DNA from: Myxococcota bacterium
Lineage (GTDB): Bacteria > Myxococcota_A > UBA796 > UBA2385
NCBI GenBank assembly: GCA_044344255.1
Contig: JBIJDH010000033.1
Location: 1 to 58,101, forward strand
Length of the DNA stretch: 58,101 nt
Reading direction: 5' to 3'
This document shows, piece by piece, positions 9,789 through 19,113 of the stretch. The notes below the pieces were generated by a model. That model saw only the letters and a program-made list of their open reading frames with translations. It had not been told where the DNA came from and searched no databases. A program made the translations under genes and the position numbers. Numbering within the stretch: the stretch's first letter is position 1; each line of letters begins with the position of its first letter.

Positions 9789-12700
9789 TCAGGCCGGCCG
9801 CCCGAAGCGCCGGTACAGCACCGGCACCACCAGCATGTTGAGCGCGGTGGACGAGAGCAGCCCGCCCAGGATGACCACGCCCATCGGCGCCTGAATCTCG
9901 TTCCCCGGCTCATCGGCGCCGAGCACGAGCGGGATGAGGGCGAGCCCCGCGCAGAGGGCGGTCATGAGGATGGGGGCGAGGCGCTCCATTGAGCCTTGGC
10001 GCACGGCCTCCTCGATGCCCTTGCCCTCATCGCGGATGAGGTGCTCGAAGTGGCTGATCATCATGATGCCGTTGCGGGTCGCGATGCCGAAGAGGGTGAT
10101 GAAGCCGACGAGCGCCGGGATGGAGACCACCCCCGACGTGAAGGCCACGGCGAGCACCCCGCCGATGAGGGCCAGGGGCAGGTTCACCAGCGTGAGGAGC
10201 GCGTTTCGCACCGAGCGGAAGGCGACGCCGAGCAGGAGGAAGATGCCGGCGATGACGCCCACCGACAGGAGGCCGATGGTGCGGGTGGCCTCGGCGGCGC
10301 TCTCGAACTGCCCGCCGAAGACCGGGTAGTAGCCCTCTGGCATCACCACCTTCTCCTTCACAGCGGCGCGCATGTCGGTCACCACCGAGACGATGTCCCG
10401 GTCGGCGACGTTGGCCTGCACCACCATCTTCCGCTGCACCCCCTCCCGCGTGATGGTGTTCGGGCTCGTGTCGCGGACGACGCTCGCCACCGCCTTGAGC
10501 GGCACCCGGCCCCCTGCGGGGGTGTCGATGGGGGTGGAGAGGAGGGCCTCGAAGTCTTCGCGGGAGGCGTCGTCGAGGCGCACGACGAGCTCGGTGGTGC
10601 GCTGGCCCTCGAGCATCGTGCCCACGACCTCGCCCATGAAGGCGCGCTCCACGGCTTCGACGAGCGCGCCCGTCCGGAGGCCGTACCGGGCGGCGGCGGC
10701 GCGATCGGCGCGGATCTCCAGCTCTGGGATGTCGACCTGCTGCTCGATGGTCACGTCCACCGCGCCCGGCACCACCTCGATGGCGGCCTTCACCTGCTCG
10801 GCCACCTGCCGGAGCGTCACGAGGTCATCGCCGAAGACCTTGATGGCGATGGCGGAGCGGGAGCCGGAGAGCATGTGGTCGATACGATGCGAGAGGGGCT
10901 GCCCGACCGTGATCACGGCCCCGGGCACCTGCGCGAGGGCGCTCCGCAGGTCGGCGAGGAATTCCTCCCGGCTTCGGTCGCTCTCGCTGAAGTCGAGCCG
11001 CACATCGAGCTCGGAGGCGTTGACGTCCTGGGCGTGCTCATCGAGCTCGGCCCGCCCCGTTCGTCGCGCCGTGGCGGCCACCTCGGGGAGCCCGAGCAGC
11101 ACCTCCTCGATGCGGCGCCCGAGGGCGTCGCTGGCCTGGAGCGAGGTGCCGGGCAGGGTCACGACGTTGAGCGTGAGGCTCCCCTCATTGAACTCCGGGA
11201 GGAAGGAGCGGCCGAGGAAGGGGATGATGGCGAGGGCCACCACGAGGCCGAGGATGGAGCCACCGATGAGGAACGAGGGGCGGGCGAGCGCGCGGTCGAG
11301 GGTGGGGGCGTAGAGCCGCTTGAGCCCGCGCATCACGACGCTGTCGGCGTGGTCGAGGGCGGCCGAGCCCGGCAGGAGCCAGGCGCAGAGCGCGGGGGTG
11401 ACCGTCATCGCCACCACGAGCGAGGCCGCGATGGCGACGATGTAGGCGAGGCCGAGGGGGGCGAGCATCCGGCCCTCGAGCCCCGACAGGAAGAACAGGG
11501 GCAGGAAGACGAGGATGATGATGAGGGTGGCAAAGAGGATGGAGGAGCGGACCTCGACCGAGGCCGCGTAGACCACCTCCAGGGCCGGCTTTGGATCGGG
11601 GCGCCGCTGGTTCTCCCGGAGGCGCCGGAACACGTTCTCGACGTCGATGATGGCGTCATCCACGAGGGCGCCGACGGCGATGGTAAGGCCGCCGATGGTC
11701 ATCGTGTTGAGCGAGACGCCGGTGGCCTTCATCACCAGCACCGCCGCGGCGAGGGACAGCGGGATGGCCACGAGCGAGATGAGGGCCGTGCGGGCGTTAC
11801 CGAGGAAGAGCACGAGGATGAGCGCGACCAGGATGGCGCCGTCCCGCAGGGCCTCGGAGACGTTGTCGACCGAGGCCGAGATGAAGTCGGACTGCCGAAA
11901 GACGTGCCGATCGATCTGTAAGCCCGCGGGCAGGGTGCTCTGGATCTCGTCGAGGGCGACATCGAGCTCGGCGGTGAGCGAGAGCGTGTTGGCGTCGGGC
12001 TGCTTCATGACCGCGAGGATCACGGCGGGCTCGGCGTCGGCGCTGCCATCCCCCCGTTTGACCTTGGGCCCAATCGCGACCTCGGCGAGCTGGCGCACCA
12101 GGATGGGGACACCGCCCCGCAGCGCCACTGGCGTCTCGCCGATGTCGTCGAGGGTCTCGGCGCGGCCGACGCCGCGGAGCAGGTACTCCTGGCCGGCCTC
12201 GGCGTAGAAGCCCCCCGAGGCGTTGGTGTTGCCCTCGCGCAGGGCCTCGGCGACCTCCTCGAAGGAGACGTCGAGGGCGCGCAGGGCCTCGGGTCGGAGG
12301 CGCACCTGGACCTGCCGGACAGAGCCGCCGATGGGGATCACCTGCGAGACGCCGCTGACCGACAGGAGCCGCTTGCGCACCACCCAGTCGGCCTGGGTGC
12401 GGGCCTCCATCATCTTGTTCTGGCGCTCCGCTTCCGACTGTTCCTGCCGGCCCGCCTCTGTCCCCGCCGGGTTCTCCCACTTCATCGACAGGAAGAGGAT
12501 CTCTCCCATCACCGAGGACACGGGCGCCATCGAGGGGGGCGCGATGTCACTCGGGAGCTGGGAGGCCACCATCTGGAGCTTCTCGTTCACGATCTGGCGC
12601 GCGACGAGGATGTCATTGCCCCAGTCGAATTCCACCCAGACGATCGAGATGCCCACACCGGAGGCGGAGCGCACCCGCCGCACGCCGGAGGCGCCGTTCA

Positions 12701-12914
12701 CGGCGGTCTCGATGGGGAAGGTCACCAGCGTCTCGACCTCCTCGGGGGCGAGCCCGTGGGCCTCGGTGAGCACGGTCACGGTGGGGGCGGTGAGATCGGG
12801 GAAGACGTCCACGGGCATCTTCCGCGCCACGTCGAAACCGACGAAGAGCAGGAGCAGCGCGGCGACGAGGACGAGGAGCCGGTTCTGGACCGACCATTCG
12901 ATGATTCGGTTCAA
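9789..12914 (-). CDS. CusA/CzcA-family heavy-metal efflux RND permease
   Basis: 1041 aa; VDVFPDLT, VDDAIIDVENV, FLPEFNEG, RLAPILMTA motifs; TTG start. Confidence 0.95.
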   Translation of the reverse strand: MNRIIEWSVQNRLLVLVAALLLLFVGFDVARKMPVDVFPDLTAPTVTVLTEAHGLAPEEVETLVTFPIETAVNGASGVRRVRSASGVGISIVWVEFDWGNDILVARQIVNEKLQMVASQLPSDIAPPSMAPVSSVMGEILFLSMKWENPAGTEAGRQEQSEAERQNKMMEARTQADWVVRKRLLSVSGVSQVIPIGGSVRQVQVRLRPEALRALDVSFEEVAEALREGNTNASGGFYAEAGQEYLLRGVGRAETLDDIGETPVALRGGVPILVRQLAEVAIGPKVKRGDGSADAEPAVILAVMKQPDANTLSLTAELDVALDEIQSTLPAGLQIDRHVFRQSDFISASVDNVSEALRDGAILVALILVLFLGNARTALISLVAIPLSLAAAVLVMKATGVSLNTMTIGGLTIAVGALVDDAIIDVENVFRRLRENQRRPDPKPALEVVYAASVEVRSSILFATLIIILVFLPLFFLSGLEGRMLAPLGLAYIVAIAASLVVAMTVTPALCAWLLPGSAALDHADSVVMRGLKRLYAPTLDRALARPSFLIGGSILGLVVALAIIPFLGRSFLPEFNEGSLTLNVVTLPGTSLQASDALGRRIEEVLLGLPEVAATARRTGRAELDEHAQDVNASELDVRLDFSESDRSREEFLADLRSALAQVPGAVITVGQPLSHRIDHMLSGSRSAIAIKVFGDDLVTLRQVAEQVKAAIEVVPGAVDVTIEQQVDIPELEIRADRAAAARYGLRTGALVEAVERAFMGEVVGTMLEGQRTTELVVRLDDASREDFEALLSTPIDTPAGGRVPLKAVASVVRDTSPNTITREGVQRKMVVQANVADRDIVSVVTDMRAAVKEKVVMPEGYYPVFGGQFESAAEATRTIGLLSVGVIAGIFLLLGVAFRSVRNALLTLVNLPLALIGGVLAVAFTSGVVSIPALVGFITLFGIATRNGIMMISHFEHLIRDEGKGIEEAVRQGSMERLAPILMTALCAGLALIPLVLGADEPGNEIQAPMGVVILGGLLSSTALNMLVVPVLYRRFGRPA

Positions 12915-12925
12915 GGCGCGGGCTC

Positions 12926-14497
12926 CTAGTGGGCGTGGCCGTGCTGGGGGATGGCTCCGCCGGCGGTGGAGAGCTTGATCTCGTAGGCGCCGCGGCTCAC
13001 GACCCGCTCCCCGGCCGCGACCCCGGCGAGCACGACCACCACCCCATCCGCCCGCTCACCGAGCTTCACGCGGCGGGCGAAGAAGCTCTCGCCGCCCTCC
13101 ATGACGTAGACCGTGGGCCGGCCGCCATCATCGACCACCGCCGCCTCGGGGATCAGCACACCCTCGACGGTCGCGGCGGTGTGAACGGTGACCTTGGCGA
13201 ACATCCCGGGCTTGAGCAGGCCGGCCGTGTTGTCGAGCTCGAAGATGACCGGAACGGTGCGGGTGTCGGGCTCCACCGCGGCGCCGACGGCGATGAGGCC
13301 CCCCTCGACGTGGAAGGGCTGCGCGAAGCCTGGCACGATGAAGGTGGCGCCGGGCGAGCCCTCGACCTTGGGCGCATCGGTGTCGGTGACATGGCTCACG
13401 AGCCAGACCCGCGAGGGATCGACGATGGAGAGGAGGCGCGCCCCTGCGTGGACCACGGCGCCTGGCGCGACATCGGCGAAGGTGATGACGCCGTCGAGGG
13501 GGGAGCGGATCTCGAGCGCCGCCCCGCCGCCGCTCCCCCGCCAGGCTCCCCGTTGGGCCTCCGCCGCGCGGCTGTCGGAGGCCGCGACGTCTCGCTCGGA
13601 TCGCGCGATCTCGAGCTGCTTGTCGGAGTAGACGGCCGCGCGGTGCAGCTCCTCGGCACGGGAGAGCTCCCGCTCAGCGAGGGCCAGGGTGGCGGTGGCC
13701 CGCGTGAGGGCGGCCTCGGCCCCCACGGCGTCCCCGGAGAGCGGCAGGAGCGACAGCAGCGCCTGACCCCGGGTCACCCGCATCCCGACGTGGGCAGGGC
13801 TGTCCGAGACGCGCAGGCGACCACCGATCGGGGCTACGATCTCGGCCGCCTTCCCGGCGACGGGGCTGATCTCCCCGCTCGCGCGCACCCCGCCGCGAAT
13901 GGAGCCGAGCTCGGCCGGGGCGGTCGCGTAGACCGTCTTCCACTGGGACTCTTTGAGGTAGCCGAGAGCGCTCTCGCCCCCTGCCTCCTCGGCCGGAGCC
14001 GCTGCGACCGCGGCCTCCGTGGAGGGGTGGATGGTCACGGCGCCAACGCTCACCGTCCCGGCGATGGGCCCCTCCAGCTCCAGGCTCAGCGTCGCCTCTC
14101 CGGCCCGGCCGGGCTTGACGATGGGCTTGAAGATGCCATTCCGCAGCAGCTTCTCTGCGATGAAGCGCTCTTCGCTGCCATCGGCGTATCGGAGGGTGGC
14201 GGTGACACGACCCTCGGTCACCCAGCGGAAGGCCTCCGGGTCTCGGGCGTCGGTGAAGTGGGCCACCAGGGGCGACTCCTGCCCCATGACGAAGGCGGGG
14301 TGCTCCATGAAGAGCTCGAGGCCGGATTCATAGAGCGTGACCGTGAGGCCGGGCCGGGGGTCCTCCGCGGCCTCGTGGCCATGGGCCGCTTCGCCGGGCT
14401 CGTGCGCGTGGTCGCCCCCGAGGCCGGTGCAGGCGAGGGCGAAGGCGGCGCAGAGGGCGATGGCGGAGCAGAGGGCGAGGGGTTGAAGCGCGCGCAT
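12926..14497 (-). CDS. Efflux RND periplasmic adaptor subunit, lipoprotein, His-rich ends
   Basis: ALAC lipobox, DHAHEPGEAAHGHE, EIRSPLDGVI, TRTVPVIFELDN..LKPGM, C-terminal HGHAH. Confidence 0.92.
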   Translation of the reverse strand: MRALQPLALCSAIALCAAFALACTGLGGDHAHEPGEAAHGHEAAEDPRPGLTVTLYESGLELFMEHPAFVMGQESPLVAHFTDARDPEAFRWVTEGRVTATLRYADGSEERFIAEKLLRNGIFKPIVKPGRAGEATLSLELEGPIAGTVSVGAVTIHPSTEAAVAAAPAEEAGGESALGYLKESQWKTVYATAPAELGSIRGGVRASGEISPVAGKAAEIVAPIGGRLRVSDSPAHVGMRVTRGQALLSLLPLSGDAVGAEAALTRATATLALAERELSRAEELHRAAVYSDKQLEIARSERDVAASDSRAAEAQRGAWRGSGGGAALEIRSPLDGVITFADVAPGAVVHAGARLLSIVDPSRVWLVSHVTDTDAPKVEGSPGATFIVPGFAQPFHVEGGLIAVGAAVEPDTRTVPVIFELDNTAGLLKPGMFAKVTVHTAATVEGVLIPEAAVVDDGGRPTVYVMEGGESFFARRVKLGERADGVVVVLAGVAAGERVVSRGAYEIKLSTAGGAIPQHGHAH

Positions 14498-14502
14498 CCG
14501 AG

Positions 14503-14533
14503 CCTACTATCATCCGTAGTAGGTCGGGGTCAA
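14503..14533 (-). promoter_or_regulatory. BlaI/CopY-type operator overlapping a putative sigma70 promoter of the efflux genes
   Basis: Palindrome CCTACTA-N7-TAGTAGG (14503-14523; core TACTAT-N5-GTAGTA). TTGACC at 14533-14528 with a -10-like GATAGT/TAGTAG 16-18 bp downstream. Confidence 0.7.
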
Positions 14534-15480
14534 TGATGGGCGAGCAGCAGGTCCTCGACGAGGTGGTGAATCGGCTCGGCTCCCAAGGCGGAGAGCAGCA
14601 GGGCCCCGACCGAGAGGGCCGCCGAGAGGCCGAGCCCGCGGGCCTTCACGGGGGTGAGGGGCCCGCTGAGCAGGAGCCGCACCCGCCGCTCCAGGGGGTG
14701 GCTGCCGAAGGCCAGGGTGGCTGGAGAGAGGGGGTCGGGCCCCTGGCGCATGAAGCGCGCCATGCGCACCAGGGCATCTGCGACCGGCACCGCGCCGACC
14801 TCCTGGGCGGCCTCGGCGTCTGCGGCCTCATCCGCTGCCGCTCGGAAGGCGAAAAGGATGCCGGAGCCCGGAAGACCGAAGCTGAGGGCCACCTGGAGGA
14901 GCCAGAGCGCGGCCGGATCCCTGCGGCGGAGGTGGGCCCGCTCGTGCGCGAGGGCGGCCAAGAGCGCCGGCTCGCCGATGCCGTCCCGCAGGCCGGCGGA
15001 GAGCAGCACGCGCGGGCGCAGCACCCCGGTGGCGAGGCAGAGCGCGCTCGTGCTCGGCACCACGATGACCTCGCCGCGACGGTCGCCGAGCTGCACGAGC
15101 GCGTCTACGTCGACGGCGGCCCGCCGGAGCTGTCGGGCGGTGAGGAGGAGCCGGGCGCCCACGACCGCGCTGAGCAGGGCGCCGAGGCCGAGCAGCGGCC
15201 CGTGGACGCCCCCGTGGACACCGCAGAGGTGGAGCCCGTGGTCATGCGCGTGACAGTGGTCGCCTTGCATCCCGAAGAGGTCGAGGGCGGTGGGGATGAG
15301 GAGGGCCAGGCTGAGCCCCGCGGCGGCGCCGAAGGGCAGCGTCGCCGCGATGAAGAGGGCGTCGGCCCGCCTCCCCGCCGACCAGCCTCGTGTCACGCGG
15401 AGGACCACCGGCCACAGAGCCGAGAGGCCGAAGCCCACCGCCAGGGCCACCCCAGCGACTTCGAGCAGGAAGGGGATCAA
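14530..15480 (-). CDS. M56-family (BlaR1/MecR1-like) membrane metallopeptidase with a His/Cys-rich loop
   Basis: AHERAHLRRRD zinc motif, EAADAEA, TM helices, loop GDHCHAHDHGLHLCGVHGGVHG; no penicillin-binding domain; ATGA overlap with the upstream repressor. Confidence 0.9.
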   Translation of the reverse strand: MIPFLLEVAGVALAVGFGLSALWPVVLRVTRGWSAGRRADALFIAATLPFGAAAGLSLALLIPTALDLFGMQGDHCHAHDHGLHLCGVHGGVHGPLLGLGALLSAVVGARLLLTARQLRRAAVDVDALVQLGDRRGEVIVVPSTSALCLATGVLRPRVLLSAGLRDGIGEPALLAALAHERAHLRRRDPAALWLLQVALSFGLPGSGILFAFRAAADEAADAEAAQEVGAVPVADALVRMARFMRQGPDPLSPATLAFGSHPLERRVRLLLSGPLTPVKARGLGLSAALSVGALLLSALGAEPIHHLVEDLLLAHH

Positions 15481-15860
15481 CGGCCCCGCCGGGCACGAAT
15501 GAGCTCTTCAAGGCGGTCGAGCAGGGGCCCCTCCGCCGCCGCCGCGGCGTCTACAAAGGCCGCGAGCCCGGCGTCGCCGTGCTGGGCCAGGATGCGGGTC
15601 GCGAGGGCGTCCACTCGGCGCTGGCTGAGCTCCTCTCGGCGGAGCGCCGCGCTGTATCGCCAGGCCAGTCCCTCCTTCTCGCGGTGGAGCAGGCCCTTCT
15701 TGAAGAGGCGGTCGAGCGTGGTCATCAGCGTGGTGTAGGCGCGCTCCCCGGGCTCGACCTGCTGGGCGAAGAGCTCCCGCGCCGTGGCCGTGCCGAGCGA
15801 CCAGACGAGGCCCATGACCTCTTCTTCCAGCGGGCCGAGGGCGTCTGTGGGGTCCACCAT
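15477..15860 (-). CDS. BlaI/MecI/CopY-family transcriptional repressor
   Basis: LGPLEEEVMGLVW...AYTTLMTTLDRLFKKGLLHREKEGLAWRY. Confidence 0.93.
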   Translation of the reverse strand: MVDPTDALGPLEEEVMGLVWSLGTATARELFAQQVEPGERAYTTLMTTLDRLFKKGLLHREKEGLAWRYSAALRREELSQRRVDALATRILAQHGDAGLAAFVDAAAAAEGPLLDRLEELIRARRGR

Positions 15861-15921
15861 AGCCGGCGCCTATCCGAGGGACCTGGGACCGTCCACCCTC
15901 GAGCGCCGGCGGTGAGCCCCC

Positions 15922-15966
15922 TTGACTCATCGCCTTGCAGGTACTATTCAACAAGTATGTTGATAA
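15922..15966 (+). promoter_or_regulatory. Putative promoter and ArsR-type operator
   Basis: TTGACT at 15922; AT-rich imperfect inverted repeat TATTCAAC-N6-GTTGATAA (15945-15966) just upstream of the ArsR gene. Confidence 0.6.
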
Positions 15967-15982
15967 ACTGACCGGAGACCCG

Positions 15983-16651
15983 ATGGCCACCCCCTCCCGC
16001 AGGTTCAAGGACGAGGTCTTCGAACAATTCGCCCGCATCGGCAAGGCCGTGGCGAGCCCCAAGCGCTTGGAGCTGCTCGACATCCTGTTTCAGGGGCCGC
16101 GCACGGTCGAGGTCCTCGCCGATCAGGCGGGCATCTCCCTCGCCAGCGCCTCGCAGCACCTCCAGGTGCTTCGCGGAGCCCGCCTCATCGAGGCCGAGAA
16201 GAGCGGGCTCTTCGTGACCTATCGGCCGGCCCCGGGGGTCGAGGGCTTCTACCTCTCCCTCCGCCGGCTCGCCGAGGCCCGGCTCGCCGAGGTGGAGGCC
16301 ACCACGCGGGCCTACCTCGAGGAGCGCGGGGCGATGGAGAAGGTAGACAGCGCCGAGCTCCTCGACCGCGCCCTCTCCGGCGAGGTGACCGTGCTCGATG
16401 TACGCCCCGCCGTCGAGCACGCAGCCGGGCACCTCCCGGGCGCCCGCTCCATTCCCCTCTCCGAGCTGCGCGCGCGCCTCTCCGAGCTCCCGCGCGGCCG
16501 GGAGGTGGTCGCCTATTGCCGCGGGCCCTACTGCGTGCTCGCCATCGAGGCGGTGCGGATCCTGAGAGAGGAGGGCTTCACCGCCCTGCGCCTCGACACA
16601 GGGCCCCCCGACTGGCGGGCGGCCGGCCTGTCTTTGGAGACGCGACCATGA
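15983..16651 (+). CDS. ArsR/SmtB regulator fused to a rhodanese domain
   Basis: FARIGKAVASPKRLELLD HTH; VLDVRP..E..AGHLPGA and YCRGPYC rhodanese; GGAG ribosome-binding site before ATG 15983. Confidence 0.92.
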   Translation: MATPSRRFKDEVFEQFARIGKAVASPKRLELLDILFQGPRTVEVLADQAGISLASASQHLQVLRGARLIEAEKSGLFVTYRPAPGVEGFYLSLRRLAEARLAEVEATTRAYLEERGAMEKVDSAELLDRALSGEVTVLDVRPAVEHAAGHLPGARSIPLSELRARLSELPRGREVVAYCRGPYCVLAIEAVRILREEGFTALRLDTGPPDWRAAGLSLETRP

Positions 16652-17922
16652 GCGCCCCCGCCCCCGCCCCCGCCCCCGCCCTCGGCCTGCGGGAGAACCT
16701 GGCGCAGTTCTCGCTCCTCGTCGTCGTCAACGCCTTCGTGGGCGCGATGGTGGGGATGGAGCGCAGCATCCTGTCGCCCATCGCCGAACAGGAATTCGGC
16801 TTGGAGGCGCGGGTCGCGATCCTCTCTTTCATCGTGGTCTTTGGTGTCAGCAAGGCGCTCACGAACTACCTCGCGGGGAGGCTCTCGGACGCCGTCGGGC
16901 GGAGGCGGGTGCTCATCGGCGGCTGGCTGGTCGCCGCCCCGGTGCCCTTCTTGCTGATGTGGGCTCCGACCTGGGGCTGGGTGCTCGGCGCCAACCTGCT
17001 CCTCGGCGTCAGCCAGGGCCTGACCTGGTCCACCACCGTGATTATGAAGATCGACCTCGCAGGCCCGAAGAACCGCGGCCTCGCGATGGGGTTGAATGAG
17101 TTCGCTGGGTACTTCGCGGTGGCCGGCTCGGCGCTGGCGACCGGCTACATCGCCGCGCAATACGGGCTCCGCCCCGAGCCCTTCTATCTGGGGGTCGCCT
17201 ATGTGCTGCTCGGGCTCGGCCTCTCCGTGTTCCTCGTGCGGGAGACCCGGGGCCATGTGGCACAGGAGGCGAAGCTCTCTGGCGAGCTACCGACCCTCCG
17301 CGGGCCCACACAGCGCGAGATCTTCCTCCGCACCACCTTCACCGACCGCGAGCTCTCTTCGGTCACCCAGGCGGGGCTCGTCAACAACCTCAACGACGGC
17401 ATGGCCTGGGGCCTCTTCCCGCTCCTCTTCGCCGGCGCCGGCCTCGGCCTCGCCCAGATCGGCTGGCTCGCCGCCCTCTACCCGGCCGTCTGGGGGGCCT
17501 CCCAGCTCGTGACCGGCGCGCTCTCGGACCGAGTGGGTCGAAAGGGCCTCATCGCCGGTGGCATGGTCGTACAAGCCCTCGGCATCGCCGCGGTGGCCAC
17601 CGGGAGCGCCGCCCCCGCCTTCGCGCTCGGGCTCTTTGTCCTCGGGCAGGTGCTGCTCGGGCTCGGCACGGCGATGGTCTATCCGACGCTGCTCGCCGCC
17701 ATCGGCGACGTGGCCCACCCAAGCTGGAGGGCCTCGTCGGTGGGGGTCTATCGCCTCTGGCGGGACCTCGGCTACGCCATCGGGGCGCTGCTGGCCGGCA
17801 TCGTCGCCGACGCCTTCGGCCTCACGACGGCCGTGTGGCTGGTGGCGGGGCTCACCCTCCTCTCGGGCCTCGCGGTGGTGGTCCGGATGCGGGAGACCCT
17901 GGCGGATAGGTCGAGCGGCTGA
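16648..17922 (+). CDS. MFS transporter
   Basis: About 12 TM segments; GRLSDAVGRR and GALSDRVGRK motif A; ATGA overlap with the upstream gene. Confidence 0.92.
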   Translation: MSAPAPAPAPALGLRENLAQFSLLVVVNAFVGAMVGMERSILSPIAEQEFGLEARVAILSFIVVFGVSKALTNYLAGRLSDAVGRRRVLIGGWLVAAPVPFLLMWAPTWGWVLGANLLLGVSQGLTWSTTVIMKIDLAGPKNRGLAMGLNEFAGYFAVAGSALATGYIAAQYGLRPEPFYLGVAYVLLGLGLSVFLVRETRGHVAQEAKLSGELPTLRGPTQREIFLRTTFTDRELSSVTQAGLVNNLNDGMAWGLFPLLFAGAGLGLAQIGWLAALYPAVWGASQLVTGALSDRVGRKGLIAGGMVVQALGIAAVATGSAAPAFALGLFVLGQVLLGLGTAMVYPTLLAAIGDVAHPSWRASSVGVYRLWRDLGYAIGALLAGIVADAFGLTTAVWLVAGLTLLSGLAVVVRMRETLADRSSG

Positions 17923-17941
17923 AGAACCCCAAGGAGACAGC

Positions 17942-18274
17942 ATGACAAGAGAGATCTCACAGGCCGACCTGCGGGCGCGGCAGGCGGCGGTCGAGGGGGT
18001 GCTGGTGGTAGACGTGCGCTCCGCGGAGGAATTCGCGGCGGGCCACATCGAGGGCGCCCTCCACCTCCCCCTCTCCGAGCTCGAGGCCCACCCCGAGCAG
18101 CTCCCCCTCGATCGCCCGATCGTGACGGTCTGTGGGAAGGGCGGCGGCCGCTCGGCGGGGGCGGCGGCCTGCCTCGCCGCGGCGGGGGCGGTCGACGTGG
18201 GCTTCCTCGAAGGCGGCACCCTCGGCTGGCTGGCCGAGAGACCTCAGAGGCCGATGTGGCGCGCGAGCTCGTGA
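17942..18274 (+). CDS. Single-domain rhodanese
   Basis: VVDVRSAEEFAAGHIEGA, active-site loop VCGKGGGRS, LEGG..GW; AGGAG ribosome-binding site. Confidence 0.9.
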   Translation: MTREISQADLRARQAAVEGVLVVDVRSAEEFAAGHIEGALHLPLSELEAHPEQLPLDRPIVTVCGKGGGRSAGAAACLAAAGAVDVGFLEGGTLGWLAERPQRPMWRASS

Positions 18275-18534
18275 GGCCGGCCCCCTTCACGGGCGTGACG
18301 AGGCGCGGTGGAGGTCCCCGAGGTGCTCTCGAAGCGCAGGGGCCCATGCGAGCGGCTGGGGCGGAGGTATCACGGTACCGGGGAGGGCAGGATTGGTGAG
18401 GGCGACACGGAGTACGGAGAGCGGTCAACCGCCGGCCTGGCTCTCCGTCCTCCTCCCGCTCCTGTTCGGCTCCATGAACCGGGCGCCCCTCGTCGAGACC
18501 ATCGTCCTCGCCAGCCACGGGGTTATCTCCTCTC

Positions 18535-19037
18535 ATGAGCGCGGTTGTTGCCTCTCTGTTCACCCTGATGGCCGGCTCGGCCGTCGCCGCTCCGCACGCC
18601 TCGTTCGCGGCTGGGATCGGAGGCGGTCAGCTCCTCGGCATGCCGGCCGGGTTCGTCGAGGCGCGCGCGAACGTCGGCCTGCGCCCCGGTCCGCGCCTCA
18701 CGGTCCTCGGCATGGGGGGCTACGGCGCGGTCCCGAACGTGTGCTGCGGGGTCCCCGACGCGGTGACCGTGGCGAACGAGGTGGAGGTGGACGTCGAGCT
18801 GCGGGCGGCCTGGGATTTTGTGCGGGCGCCACGACGTCTCGTTTGGGCTCGACATCGCCTGCAATGACTACGAGTGTAACGGGCTCCCCAGCGGAGTCTG
18901 GCGCTTTGTGCTCCCCTGGGGCCTCTATGGCGCCCTCGAGTCGGGCGCCGAGCGCAAGGGGGGTCAGCGTGGGGTGGGAGGGGCCGCGACCGCTCGTCGC
19001 CGCGGGCGCGGGTCACGATATGAACGACCCCCGGTGA
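18535..19037 (+). pseudogene. Probable frameshifted exported/outer-membrane protein
   Basis: Signal-peptide-like N-terminus and amphipathic beta-like segments; protein-like sequence appears to continue in other frames after about 18830 and 18960. Confidence 0.35.
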
Positions 19038-19113
19038 GCCGAGCCGCCTCCTCCGGCGTAGGACGCTCCGACGCTCCGACGGGGCGGGCGGGCAGACGGG
19101 CGGGAGGTCGGGT

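Noticed and set aside
9996..11921. Long antisense ORFs (also 20458-23112, 32382-34385, 42275-44629 and the upstream part of 49111-52491)
   Set aside because: Shadow frames of real genes on the opposite strand in high-GC DNA; no independent motifs.
15942..15958. Second BlaI operator (TACTAT-N5-AAGTAT)
   Set aside because: Poor right half-site; the stretch is better explained by the ArsR inverted repeat.
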